Below, piece after piece: positions 1 to 12,974 of a stretch of DNA of 64,000 bases. Location: positions 73,160,001 through 73,224,000 of the forward strand of contig OX597826.1 of NCBI GenBank assembly GCA_951406725.2, given 5' to 3'. The notes under the pieces were generated by a model, which had not been told where the DNA came from, ran no database searches, and saw nothing but the letters and a program-made list of their open reading frames with translations. The position numbers and the translations under genes are program-made. Every line of letters begins with the position of its first letter. Within the stretch, counting starts at the first letter, position 1. The DNA is from Octopus vulgaris (lineage: Eukaryota).

Positions 1-386
1 CAGAGGGGACAAACAAGGACAGACAAACGGATTAAGTCGATTACATCGACCCCAGTGCGTAACTGGTTCTTATTTAATCGTCCCCGAAAGGATGAAAGGC
101 AAAGTCGACCTCGGCGGAATTTGAACTCAGAACGTAGCGGCAGACGAAATACCTATTTCTTTACTACCCACAAGGGGCTATACACAGAAGGGACAAACAA
201 GGACAGACAAAGGGATTAAGTCGATTACATCGACCCCAGTGCGTAACTGGTACTTATTTAATCGACCCCGAAAGGATGAAAAGCAAAGTCGACCCCGGCG
301 GAATTTGAACTCAGAACGTAGCGGCAGACGAAATACCGCTAAGCATTTCGCCCGGCGTGCTAACGTTGCTGCCAGCTCGCCGCCCT
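1..386 (-). mobile_element. Nin/Deu-domain tRNA-derived SINE, tandem multimer (tail A), runs off window start
   Basis: Reverse complement has head GGCGGCGAGCTGGCAG, B-box-like GAGTTCAAATTCC, central CTTTCATCCTTTCGGGGTCGATTAAATAAGTACCAG and tail TAGCCCCTTGTGGGTAGTAAAGAAAT; two units about 184 bp apart. Confidence 0.85.
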
Positions 387-937
387 AGATTCAGGCTTCT
401 TATTCGTTCTAAAAGAAGAATTCCCAGCCCAAAAGTCTAGTCCAAGAAAAGTAAATATACACAGCATACAATGGACAGCTAAGACATATATGCATATTAT
501 AAAAAGCTTGTAATAATAAATTAATTGAAGACACCTTGTACTATAGAAGTACTAGATGGGGTGGCTACGGGTGGACGGTCTGCTTAATCAATGCTGACAT
601 TGGAGTCAACTACAACAACAAATTAAACAGTGAAAATACGTCCGTCTTGTTTATTCTCTACACACAAATCATCCTTTTCGCTTACTTTTGTAACTATATA
701 TTTCTGTCTGTCTGTCTGTCACCTTGTCTGTGTGTCTGTCTCTCCCTTTCTCTCTTCCTCCACACACATGCACACACGAACTCACGCACATACGCCCGTA
801 CATACACAACACACACGCACACACACATTAATGTATATGTATATTATGCATTCACACCTAGCTACCTGGCGATGAATTAGTCAATTTATAAATCTTTATA
901 GCAACTTACCTACCTACCCACCTACCCACCTACCCAC

Positions 938-1010
<73 letters not shown>

Positions 1011-1551
1011 ATTCGTTCACCTGTGAAGCAACATCAACCGCCGGCATAATCTAAGGGAGACAACTCTATCAGTAACTAATTTATAATTATCTCCCTTACC
1101 TTACTTTTAGCTTGAGACACTTTCGCTATAGTTTACATCACTGAAGGAATATGTACGATGTGTTTGCTGCCGCCGCCGCTGCTGCTGCTGCTTTTACTCT
1201 TTTACGTTGCCATTGTTGTTGTTGTTGTTGTTAAGTACGGGTCAGTTCTGAGTGAATAAACCCACGATCAAAGCCGTCCCATCTGTGACCATCCCATCAT
1301 TTTAGAAACTGTAGACCTTCCTTATTTATGAAGACGTGAGCATACGAGTGAGTCGAGAGTCTGATTTGACTGCTATTTCTAACAAGTCGAATTACGATTA
1401 CGTAGAAGTGTTCTCGCTAGGTGTTCATGCTGTTGTTGCTATTCCTGCTGTTGCTGCTGCTGCTGCTGCTGATAATGATGATGATGATGATGATGATGGA
1501 GGTGGTGGTGGTGGTGGTGACGACGACGACGGCAATGAGGAAGAAGGGGAT

Positions 1552-2845
1552 TTCTATTCCTTTATTGGCCTCTAGGGCCCACGATACAAAGAACAAAATA
1601 GAAGGACGTGATGCATCTCACAGAAGGTGGGATTTACATCGATCTAAAGGAAATCAACCCCAATAAAGATGTATGACAAAAATATATATATAAGTAGAAC
1701 TCACAAAATTTCAACAGGAAAAATTCCCCAATAAATGACCAGTCAGTCCACACAGAGTAATTCGCAGGAAAGACCTCACACCGAAAGATCCGGATTACTC
1801 TGCCATCATCAAGGCGTCGAAATTGCCATCCTGCTGTTTATTTCCTCTTACTTAGAAAAACCTAGTCAGTATTTGCTCAGACTGACTTGTCAGTCTTGCC
1901 ACACTCACTCACATTTCTTTAAATCACTTGAAAGCAACACTGTCGACCATCACCTTCTTCGTAAAATGGGACTTGAAGATATTGATGAGAATTTGGCCAG
2001 GTAGAAGACGGCGAGCTGGCAGAATCGTTAACGCGTCGGACGAAACGCGTAGCCGTATTTTGTCTGCCGTTACGTTCTGAGTTCAAATTCCGCCGAGGTC
2101 GACTTTGCCTTTCATCCTTTCGAGGTCGATAAATTAAGTACCAGTTACGCACTGGGGTCAATATAATCGACTTAATCCGTTTGTCTGTCCTTGTTTGTCC
2201 CTTTTATGTTTAGCCCCCTGTGGGCAATACAGAAGTAAATTTGGCCAGGTTGGAGAAAGCTTGACTGCAAACGTTTCAGACGAGTCCATTCTTCTTTGTC
2301 AAAGAAGCAGACGAGTCGATCTTTACTATGAATTCGGTGGACAACTAGATTCGTCCTATGTGTGGAAGCAACTCTTCGACGCAAGCCTACAAATCGCTAA
2401 AGCACACACACACCGAAGAAAGACATGTTGGACGATTTTGTCCGATGGCAAGCATTTCGAAGAGGTTCGGCTTTTGGCACTTCCATACCTGTTGAGCTTT
2501 TCTCCAGGCCTCTAGGTTTAGTGATAAAAAATCTCCACTGGCCAACATGGACTTATCTTTTTAAGTGTCTAGCTTCAAGCCCACCGACTTGTTCTGGCTC
2601 CTGTGTACTCCTGAACATACCTAGCACTCTTTTTAGTATAGTTTTTATATTTGAAATACTAGACACCATGACAGTGACTCCATTCTCGCAACTTCCCGTT
2701 GAAGAAATAGTGGAGAGCCATTCTCGTAACTGGCGCTTCGTTTCCAATGCCTCCTCCATGTGGCTCTTCTGAGCGACTAACTAGTTTCTGATTTTTCTTT
2801 TTAGTGAAACCCCACCACGTCTTGTTGATGATGACCTTCATCAAT
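1552..2845 (-). mobile_element. Decayed 3' portion of a Tx1/L1-like non-LTR retrotransposon, split by a SINE
   Basis: Frameshifted translation WTRLKRLQSSFL..GQILINIFKSHFTKKVMVD..VSVARL aligns with [39 protein letters not shown] at 56948-57172; similar 3' terminus near 1552-1600. Confidence 0.65.
2003..2237 (+). mobile_element. Nin-domain SINE (tail A) with 13-bp target-site duplication
   Basis: Full head, body and tail; AATTTGGCCAGGT at 1990-2002 and 2238-2250. Confidence 0.9.
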
Positions 2846-4649
2846 TACTGCCTGATATGAATAATAATAATAATACTGCTGACTGTAGACATCTGACACT
2901 TTCCATCATACCCTGCAAAATCAGTTGAAAGTTCTCATCAAATGATGAAAATAATAATAATAGTAGTAGTAGTAGTAGTAGTACCTCGTTCAGGGACTTT
3001 TTTAGTGGGACGGGCTACACGATCTGAAGAAAATTCTAGGTGGGCCCCCACCCGCAAGGTCATGCGCTGCTTATCTTGATATGAGATCGCCAGGTCACAC
3101 ACATATGGTTGTGATGCATGTGCCTGTCGGGTATATTGAGCTTTGTGTAATTGTACCCCAATGTCACTTTGATGGCTTGTATTGCTCTCTCACTCAATAA
3201 TAATAATAACAACAACAACAACAACAATAACAAAAATGTGTAGTACCACTTTGACACATAGAACATACGGAAAATGGAGCTCGCAAAACTCGATATCAAA
3301 TTCAAATAAGTTAGAATCCGACGAAAATGACGATCTAGACAAAAAACGAAATCTACTTCTTTGGCCTCACAAATGCAGCGAATATGGAACAAATGGATTT
3401 GAGGTCGGTATGTTTCTATAGAATATGGATGTTTTACACCTATATTCTACCCTTAAAATATTTCGTATAAAATTTGGAGACAAATAAAAAATGATACCGA
3501 ATCGCTGGAAATTAATCAACTATAGAAATTAAGAATTTTCAAAAGCAACAAATTATCAGAGACGAAATAGAAGAGCCAAAAGAAAGTATGTACAAGAAAA
3601 ACACACAAAAAAAACAATAGAAAAAAAAACAATGAAAGTAAAATAATAGTCAGAACGTAAAACGGGGCGAATCTAGGCAAAACGAAGAACGAATACTGAC
3701 CAACAAATATTGAACCTGAATAACACAAACAACAATATGAATGAAAGGAAATATGAAAATTATCGATATGGCAATTTAAGGGTGGAAATAATTGAAGAAT
3801 TATAGTTAATATATGTTCCCATGGACCAATGAAAATGATTCCCAGAGATAAAATTGAAATATAAAATAGCAATGGTATAAAACGTAAACCTGGCTCACCC
3901 AGATTTAATGAAAACAGACACGAACATCAATAATACCCGGTTTAACGAAATAATATATGTAACAGCCATGGTAGTTACGAGGGAAAATGGGTTTTTCTTC
4001 GGTTGTACTCATATAACAACATTAGAATCCAAGTAAAAAAAACACACATAAAAAAAATATACAGACATGGCTTTTAAAAAGATAAGAGAAAACATCTCTC
4101 ACTTCGTTAAGAAATCAATGACAACTGACTCAGCTGAAAGAGGAAAAAGAGACGAATATTAGAGAAATGAAATATAAATAAAAAGAACAAAAAAAAAAAG
4201 AAAGAATTCAAAAACACCTGAAACAAGAGATCCTCGCTAAAATCGCAAAAGAATCGGTTGCTACGAAAAACAACAATTTTTTGGAACAAAACAAACATCT
4301 CAGCTCCAATCGAAAACAAATTTGTGAATAATTAGGTGAAAATTAAATAGAAATTAATGCAGTAATAACAGAAAACTATAGAACCATTCTGGGGGAGAAA
4401 TATGGATGGCGAAGGAAGCGAAATGACTCAAAGCAAAAAATGTAGAGCCAAAACGGACGTGAAGAGACAATAAAAACGCAAGATGCAGTAAATAAAACAA
4501 CTTCTGGCTAAAACATTCAACAAGAACACTTAAGATAGTAGCAGGGATTTTTTTTTTCTAAAAGACTGGAGAAGGTCGGAGATTATACATAACACTGTGA
4601 GAAAACTATCTTAATTTCCATGACTAAAGAAATGGCAAAGCTTAAATCC

Positions 4650-4861
4650 TTTTCTACTCTAGGCACAAAGCCCGAAATTTTAGAGGAGGACTCCAATCGA
4701 TTAGATCGACCCCAGTACGCAACTGGTACTTAATTTATCGACCCAGTAAGGATGAAAGGCTAAGTCGACCTCGGTGGAATTTGAACTCAGAACGTTAAGC
4801 CAGACGAAATACTGCTAAGCATTTCGCCCAGCGTGCTAACGTTTCTGCCAGCTCGCCGCCT
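4650..4861 (-). mobile_element. Nin-domain SINE (tail B) with 17-bp TSD
   Basis: TGGCAAAGCTTAAATCC at 4633-4649 and 4862-4878; tail GGGCTTTGTGCCTAGAGTAGAAA. Confidence 0.9.
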
Positions 4862-4985
4862 TGGCAAAGCTTAAATCCCATGACCTAAAACCTACCTAAA
4901 CTAACAAATGATTTTGCGATGCAAACAAAAATAGGAAAGAATAAAAACTGTCCTTATCTCTGATAGAAGGAATATTTCAAGACAT

Positions 4986-5200
4986 CAAGTCGGTGAACTG
5001 GCAGAATCATTACCGCACCGAAAAAATAAATGCTTAGCGGCATCTCTTCCGACTTCACGTTCAGAGTTCAAATTCCGCCGAGGTCGACTTTGCCTCTCAT
5101 CCGTTCGGAGTCGATAAATTAGGTACCAGTTGAGCACTGGGGTCGGTCTAATCGATTCGCACCCTCCCCCACCGTTGTTGGCCTTGTGCCAAAACTTTAA
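4986..5200 (+). mobile_element. Nin-domain SINE (tail C), diverged
   Basis: Head and body match; tail GGCCTTGTGCCAAAACTTTAAG; GA(A/G)TATTTCAA on both sides. Confidence 0.8.
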
Positions 5201-5575
5201 GCGAGTATTTCAAAGCGTTCCTGCTCTCCCCTTCTTTTCTATCGAGCAATAAACACCTTTAACCAAGCTGGACTACGATACAAACGCTACGAGAAGCAAG
5301 CGTCACGTGAGGGAAGTTAATTGACAATAGAAATACCAGACTATATAACGAAAGAGATAAAGGAATTAGACCAGACAGACTTAACAAAAATACTTAGAAA
5401 TCAATGTGCTGAGCAGAGAAGAAAACACAACAATAGAAAAAGAGGTAAGATGGAATACTATAAACACATCAGATTTATACTTAAAACAGTTAAATACAAG
5501 AAAAATAAAGGACAGTAAAAGCATCAATACTTGAACTGTTCTTGTAAAAGTAATCGTTATAATATTCTCAAATGG

Positions 5576-5790
5576 AAAGCGGCGGAGCTGGCAGAATCGT
5601 TAACACGCCGGGCGAGATTCTTAGCGGTATTTCGTCTGTCGCTACGTTCTGAGTTCAAATTCCGCCGAGGTCGATCTTGCCTTTCATCCTTTTGGGGTCG
5701 ATAAATTAAGTACCAGTTGCATATTGGGGTCGATCTGATTCCCCTCCCCCTCCACCCAAATTTTCGGGCCTTGTACCTAGAGTAGAAATG
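5576..5790 (+). mobile_element. Nin-domain SINE (tail B)
   Basis: Head, body and tail GGGCCTTGTACCTAGAGTAGAAA. Confidence 0.85.
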
Positions 5791-6561
5791 AATATTCTGG
5801 AAGGTAATGAACAAGAAAGACTAATCTGGAAAACAAGACAAATATTGTTTGCATTTAGAGCGCATCAGCCAAACTCTGTCTTAGTAAGACGATGAATAGG
5901 AAAGGCAAGAGCCTCGTGCTGTTAGAAAACTATTGTAAAATATCCAGTGGGGCAATAAGTGTATCTTGTGAAGAGCGATAGAAAATTAATACAAATAGCT
6001 ATAAAAAAAGGAAGAGCAAAATATATTTTCTGTCTTCAAGAAAGCTAACAAATGGGTTAAAAGCATGACCTGGAAAAGCAGACAGTTGTAAGGAGAGAAA
6101 AAAGGATCAAGAAGCACCAGAAAAGATCTCAAAGAACAACAAAGGAACCATAGACTGGAATATGGTAATCTATACAGACACGGAGATCAAGGCAAATCGA
6201 CCCAAAATTGTTTAAAAGGATCAACAAAGAATAAAGTACCTCTTAATCGAAATATTAGTCAACAACTGACGGCGGTGAGTGTCTAAAGGAAACGGATAAA
6301 TTACCTAAACATAAAGAGAGAAAAATAGTGAAAATCAGAATGTGGTCACTGAAAACAGAAGTGGTTTCTATAATAACAGATGTCATGGGAATTATTAAAA
6401 TGATGCATACAATACATAACCAAAACATCAGGACTTACAAATATACACAAGGTAAAAGTAATTGTACTATTAAACACTGCATACACTTAAGGTGTGCAAA
6501 GTTGCACTCGGCACCGAAATGAATGCATGCGATGAAGATAAGGTTATTGAAGTATAATAAT

Positions 6562-7471
6562 CTTGTCTACTAAAGGTAGAAGGTCTGAAATTTTGCAGGG
6601 AGGGGTTAGTCGTTTACATACAGCCCCAGCACTCAGCTGGTGCTTATTTGATCAACCCTGAAAGGTAAGTCAACATCGGCGGCATCTGAACTCAACGTAA
6701 AGGTGGATGAAATACCTGTTTCTTTACTACCCACAAGGGGCTAAACACAGAGAGGACAAACGAGAACAGACAAACGGATTAAGTTGATTACATCGACCCC
6801 AGTGCGTAACTGGTACTTAATTTATCGTCCCCGAAAGGATGAAAGGCAAAGTCGACCTCGGCGGAATTTGAACTCAGAACGTAGCGGCAGACGAAATACC
6901 TGTTTCTTTACTACCCACAAGGGGCTAAACACAGAGAGGACAAACGAGGACAGACAAACGGATTAAGTCGATTATATCGACCCCAGTGCTTAACTGGTAC
7001 TTAATTTATCGACCCCGAAAGGATGAAAGGCAAAGTCGACCTCGGCGGAATTTGAACTCAGAACGTAGCGGCAGGCGAAATACCGCTAAGCATTTTGACT
7101 GGCGCGGTCAAGATTCTGTCGGTTCGCCATCTTACTATTGACGTATAATAATGATTTCAAATTTTTGCCACAAAGGTAGCTTGGGGGAGGGGGTTAAGTC
7201 GATTACATCGACCCCAGTGCGTAACAGGTACTTATTTCATCGACCTCGATTAGATAGTTTCAAATTTTGCCGCAAGTGCAGCAATTTTGGGAGAAGGGGG
7301 TTATGTCGATTACATCGATCCCAGTGCATAACTGGTATTTATTTAATCGACCCCGAGAGGATGAAAGGCAAAGTCGACCTCTGCGGAATTTGAACTCAGA
7401 ACATATCGACAGACGAAATACTGCTAAGCATTTCGCATGGCGTGTTAACGATTCTGCCAGCTCGCCGCCTT
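6562..7471 (-). mobile_element. Stack of Nin-domain SINEs (trimer 6562-7132 plus tail-C copy or copies 7153-7471)
   Basis: Repeated SINE body; unit junctions at ~6716 and ~6900 (184 bp period). Confidence 0.85.
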
Positions 7472-7482
7472 ACTATTGACAT

Positions 7483-7536
<54 letters not shown>

Positions 7537-7552
7537 TTGATGATGATGACTC

Positions 7553-7780
7553 TTGGAAAGACGGATGATCCAGTCTCCCCAATGGGCTGAGACTCTTTAA
7601 GAGGTCTTTTGTCCAGAAATATTTTACTTCATTTGAGAACCTTTTGTTTGTTTGTATCTTATCTGCTGGATGCAAGAAAGTGAACTTGTCGAAGCCCTCC
7701 TCCTTCGTTTCTATTACTGTGTTGCAATATTAGCAATTTTAGGTCCTTAATGTTTGTGGAAATTTTGTGGTATTTTGTTG
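7553..7780 (-). mobile_element. Possible AP-endonuclease N-terminal remnant of a LINE
   Basis: Reverse translation gives LKIANI.. and LSCIQQIR (resembles the APE CIQETR motif) and YFWT; heavily decayed. Confidence 0.3.
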
Positions 7781-8221
7781 TTTTTGATCTTTCTTCTGTA
7801 GGAGTTTTTGTGTTTGTGAGTTTGTTGCTATTGGTGGTGGTGGTGTGTTTGCGTATTTGGTTGATTTTTGTTGTTTTTCGTGTTGTCGTGTTGGTGGATC
7901 TTATTATGTGCCGCTGAGTTGAAAGTTTTTGGATTCCCCTCCCACACCTTTTTGGTTTTTGTGGTAAGACAATGACTTGTTCTTTTTGTCTTGACTCCGC
8001 TGACGATTTACCATTCTCTGATTACCTCCTCCTGCTCGTTGTCGTTTGATGAAAGTTGGAAGGGCAGTGAGTTGGAGGAGGTTTGTTGGTGGCGCATGTC
8101 ATTGTTGCTTGTGTTGATAGTGTTTGTTTTTTTTGTTTTTGAGAGAAGGAATTACTGTGAGGTGCCTTCTCTCGAAATTGACGATGGCTTTCACTTCCTT
8201 GGTTTTGACTATGGTTTTTGT

Positions 8222-8439
8222 AAGGCGGCGAGCTGGGAGAACCGTTAGCACGCCGGGCGAAATGCGTAGCCGTATTTCGTCTGCCGTTATGTTCTGAGTT
8301 GAAATTCCGCCGAGGTTGACTTTGCCTTTCATCCTTTCGGGGTCGATAAATGAAGTACCAGTTAGGCACTGGGGTCGATGTAATCGACTTAATCCCTTTG
8401 TCTGTCCTTGTTTAGTCCCTTGTGGGTAGTAAAGAAATA
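8222..8439 (+). mobile_element. Nin-domain SINE (tail A) with degenerate ~21-bp TSD
   Basis: GGTTTTGAyTwTsGTTTTTGT at 8201-8221 and 8440-8460. Confidence 0.85.
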
Positions 8440-9717
8440 GGTTTTGATTTTCGTTTTTGTTGTTGTTGCTGCTGCTTGCTGTTACTACTCGCTCTCTGTT
8501 ACGTCTGATGTTATTGTGGCTGCAGTACTGGCAGCAAGGAATGTTTTCAATTCTTCAAGAAGAAGAAGAAGAAGAAGAAGAATTTTAACATATGTACTGA
8601 ACGAAAAGTTCCATACGCAGAGTGCAATCTATTAAATTGGCTCCATAACTCGGTTGGTGCTTACGAAAGACAAGGATGAGAGACAAAGTTTAGAATAATG
8701 TGATTTGAACTCATGACTTAATTGAATAACACATGACTCTCCTGCAGCAGAAGATAAGAATGAGGATGATGAGGAAATAATGGAGGAAGAGGAGGAGGAA
8801 TCTAAAGAGATAAAATGAGTGTTTGGAAATTTAAAAAGGTAGCGCAGCATCCCTTTATCTGCTGCTCAGTTTGATGTTTCAATCAATTTGTGAAGCTAAA
8901 TAGCCTGCTACAGCCACATATAAAACTAAACACTGATCGTCTGGCCTACTTCTCTCGTAAAAGATTCATTGAAGCAGACGATACATTAAAGGCAGTTTTG
9001 TAACGTTGATTTTAAGAGAACAAAAAGGCAAAGAAAAATCACCAACAACTACCATTACAAGAATAACAGCAACAGGAAAAATCACAATAGTAACTACAAA
9101 GGATTTGTTATAAAAATTCTGTTTGTTTTAATATACATAGAATAGAGGGGATCAACATTTTTTCAAAGGTGTCGGCCATTTCTGGTTATTTAAATGGTTT
9201 TCATAAGCGACGCCATTTAAAGATTACTCATCATTAATCCCTGCAGTGGAGCTTAGAATCTTTAATGGATTAATGGAGATTAATTCAGGGTCTGACATCA
9301 ATCATATTCATCTGGTATTGGTGACGGTGGCGGAGGTGACAGTGGCGGCGGCTGTAGCGGTGGAGGTGGCAGTGGTGGTGGCAGCGGTTGTGGTGGTGGT
9401 GGTGGGTATATTGATGGCGGTTTTACTGGCAATGATGGCGGAAGATGATAGCAATGATGGTGGTGGTGAAGGTGCTGGTAACGTTACTGGGGGTTGTATC
9501 CCCCAGTGATTTAAATCCTGATGGCGGTAGTATGGATGGGGATAGGATGGGATGGGAATGGGGTGTGGTGGTGGTGGTGGTAGTGGTGTGATGGCAATTG
9601 CTGACGACGATGATGATTGTTGTTGTTTAACCCCAGGTCAGCATCGATCCAACAGGTCTCTGATCTAAAAGTGTTTCGATCTTGTGCTTTATTCTGACAA
9701 TGTTGTCTAGATTCACA

Positions 9718-10050
9718 TTATCCAATGCGATCTTTCCTTTTACCGAGAATGGACAATAATTTGAAGACTTGGTTACTGTTTCTAGCTTTGTGCCAAAGGA
9801 CATCGTTATGGACATCATTATTGTAATAAGAAATCACTGGAAATTGCATCAAATTGATTGCTTTACAGTGAACTGAGAGAAAAAAGGAGATAGGAGGGAG
9901 AAATTTTAGAAATTGTGTCAAGGCAACGCCTTGCATTCTTGTCTAAAGAAAGCTTTTATTAGTTCCTGTTCTTAATAAAGTCATAGCAAAGCCTGGTGAT
10001 GGCTTCTAGAGAGTTGCCAGGCGACCACTGAGCTCCACCAACTGAACAAT
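9718..10050 (-). mobile_element. Possible LINE AP-endonuclease remnant
   Basis: QGVAL..FLPPIS..VISYY..ILGKRKDRIG resembles the APE GVAI..PIS..ISCY..ILGDFNARIG series. Confidence 0.3.
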
Positions 10051-10429
10051 AATGTCAGCGAAGCAACAGCTCTCGTATTCTAAATTGGATTGGTTAACGA
10101 CATAAAACACGACAGCCTGGAAAGTTACGCCAAAATTCGAAATTGTTTTTATTATTGTTGTTGTCGTGTTTTTTCCACGTCACTAAGAAAAGCAAAATTA
10201 GGAAGACACAAATACAACAACCAAAAAAAAAACATCAAAAGATACAACAAAAACAACAGCAACACCAACAAACAAAAATAAAAGGGTTACACATTGTTCT
10301 CCAAAAACAAGGACACACACCGATTCCCGGCAATGTTGTAAATGAGGTGAACAACGGCGAGTAGCTGAAGTAAATAGTAGAACACACACAAAAAAATTCG
10401 AACAGAAGGCGAAATGTTTGCGATGCGAA

Positions 10430-11250
10430 TAACCAAACCACCACCGGACAGACTTTTGCTAAAGACGTCATCAAATATCTGTAAGAGAATGTGAATGGCA
10501 GCGTCGGGAAACATAGAATTAGTAGCCGTCAAGGAAACAAGCAAGACACACTCGTATCGATCTCCTTCGATTAGGAGGTCGGGGTTTACGAATCATGAGG
10601 ATTTTATCGAATCGAACGTAGCAATTTTATTTCGGAATGCTTTGGCTCTCGAAAGATGGACACATATTTTAAACCCGGACATTATGTCGGAGACGCTTGC
10701 GTGAACAACAGCAAAATCATTATGTCGGAGACGCTTGCGTGAACAACAGCAAAACCAATGCCGTCAGACAGGTGACTCTCAATGTCCTGACCGAGCAGAC
10801 GTACAGAATCTCTACAGGCACCAAGGGAATGTTTCGATCTTTAGTACGGGTAAGGGATTGGTATTCTTTACGTATACTGGGATTGCGTGATGTTCGCCGA
10901 TAGCAAAACCGAACAGATTTGTCCAGACTGTCCCAACTGTCTGATAGGCATCGAATAGATTCCCCATTCCATTGACAAATAGAGGTGGGGGTCATCTGCA
11001 GCCAAAAACTCAACGTAGAGAACTCGACATGTGGTAGTTGATGATCTGCCGATATGCACTGAACCTGTGATATCTACAAAGATTCCTGGAGAGTAAGAAG
11101 GTGAGTTCGCATTTTGTCGGGCACGTTTTCTCAAATCTTTACTCTGGTGGAACTTCGGTCAAGCGAAGAACATGGCTTGGCACATGAGATCGGGAATGCT
11201 GTCAGCCATTAGCAGTCTTCTACAACTTCGAGCAATACGCTGAATCTAAG
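10430..11250 (+). mobile_element. Very decayed RTE-like reverse transcriptase and C-terminal remnant
   Basis: Ordered weak motifs GQTFA (GDTLA-like), RSPSIRR..DFIESNVAIL (DFADDIAL-like), VNNSKT, FVGHV. Confidence 0.35.
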
Positions 11251-11368
11251 GACTAATGGTACGCATCTCTGTGGAGTGCTCAGCCACTTGCACGTTAATT
11301 TCACGAACAGATCGTTCCGTTGGTCGGATCACCTGGAACACTCGTCGTCGTAACCGATGGAGGACCAG
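11247..11368 (+). repeat. 3' tail sequence shared with the SINEs at 19334-20126 and 22558-22876
   Basis: GTGGAGTGCTCAGCCACTTGCACGTTAATTTCAC..GGAACACTCGTCGTCGTAACCGA present in all three, and reversed and diverged at ~35010-35170. Confidence 0.75.
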
Positions 11369-11776
11369 TTATGCTCAGAGGGGCTCCTACGTTATTCATT
11401 CTATAGAAAACCAGTGACACAAAAGAGCATCGATGTTCTCAGAGAATCTCTGGGCGAGAACCAATCGGCTGCTCTGTTCCATGTGACCTAGGGTTCAGTG
11501 ACGAAGGATAACTTCCAGAAAACCAAGATCACGTTGTGCTGCCTTCAAGCATTCTGGTTCGAAGCGAAAAGAAAGTAATTCTTTCTCAAATCCCGAAAAT
11601 CAATATGGCATCTGTTTATCTACCCCAAGCCACCCTTCAGGCTCCGTATTTCTGTTTTTCTTGATGTAGGCAAGTCCTTTCCTCGAGGGCACAGCAATCG
11701 TTTGTGTGTGTGTGTGTCTGTGTGTGTGTGTGTGTGAAAGAGAGAAAGAGTGTATGACTGTATAATATATGTGTGT

Positions 11777-11808
<32 letters not shown>

Positions 11809-11809
11809 A

Positions 11810-11867
<58 letters not shown>

Positions 11868-12481
11868 GTGTGTTTGTACCGGTATGTGTACGCATAAGAA
11901 AATGTACGTGTGTACGAGAGAGAGAGAGAGAGAGAGAGAGAAAGTGAATGAGATAGCGTGTGTGCACATGTAAGGCTGTGTGTGTGTGTGTGTATGTGTG
12001 TGTGTGTGTGCGTATGTGTGTGTGTGTGTGTGTCTGTGTGTGTACGCCGATTCAGTCAAGAACAGATGTGACGAATAATCTCGAGTATAGATTAGGTCTT
12101 CTGCTACTACTGCTACTACTACTACTACTTGCTGCTTCCACTATTTATATTGATGATGATGACGACGGCTGCAGCAGCGGTGATGGTGATGGTGATGTCG
12201 TTGATGTCGACGACGGCGACGACGAGAAACTGAAATAACAAACAATATTTCTTCAAAAGTAACCAAGTACAACGAAGCATGAAATATAGACATCCATCCA
12301 CCCAACCGCCCTCCAACCCTACCGCAAACACACAGACACACACATCACATATCGGGCTACGTGAATGAACATACACACACACACACACAGAACATAAGAC
12401 ATGCACACACATAGTCTTCCCGATACACACCTCAACGCCTTAACACAGAACCTCACCTTGCAACGCAAACATACTATACAT

Positions 12482-12512
<31 letters not shown>

Positions 12513-12540
12513 CTACGTTCACACGAGATCCACACACTTC

Positions 12541-12953
12541 TATTTCTTTACTACCCACAAGGGGCTAAACACAGAAGGGACAAACAAGGACACACAAACG
12601 GATTAAGTCGATTATATCGACCCCAGTGCATAATTGTACTTAATTTAACGACCCCAAAAGGATAAAAGGCAAAGAGACCTCAGCGGAATTTGAACCCAGA
12701 ACGTAACGGCAGACGAAATACCTATTTCTTTACTACCCACAAGGGGCTAAACACAGAGGGGACAAACAAGGACAGACAAACGGATTAAGTCGATTACATC
12801 GACCCCAGTGCGTAACTGGAACTTAATTTATCGACCCCGAAATGAAGAAAGGCAAAGTTGACCTCGGCGGAATTTGAACTCAGAGCGTAACGGCAGACGA
12901 AATACGGCTACGCACTTCGAACGGCGTGCTAACGACTGCCAGCTCGCGGCCTA
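12541..12953 (-). mobile_element. Nin-domain SINE dimer (tail A) within one 15-bp TSD
   Basis: AGATCCACACACTTC at 12526-12540 and 12954-12968; junction at ~12722. Confidence 0.9.
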
Positions 12954-12974
12954 AGATCCACACACTTCATCAAG

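Larger units (their letters stand above)
3240..6555 (+). mobile_element. Highly decayed R4/Dong-like non-LTR retrotransposon (RT plus restriction-like endonuclease)
   Basis: Remnant motifs in order: YKIWRQ..FKSNKLSE (~3470-3560), FWG (~4390), GIFQ..SPLLF (split by the SINE at 4986-5200), WNMVIYTDTEIKANRPKIV..LLIEI..IRMWSLKTEVVSII (6155-6380, RLE-like); flanked by TAA-type repeats; many stops and frameshifts. Confidence 0.6.

Noticed and set aside
1052-1098. Small hairpin TAAGGGAGACAACT / AATTATCTCCCTTA
   Set aside because: Too short to classify; probably a MITE remnant
6784-6966. Recurrent peptide 'RNWYLIYRPRKDERQSRPRRNLNSER' that looks like a gene family
   Set aside because: Antisense translation of the Nin-SINE body
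11400-11700. Possible Tx1 RT-thumb fragment (LKGGLG on the minus strand)
   Set aside because: Single short motif, insufficient support
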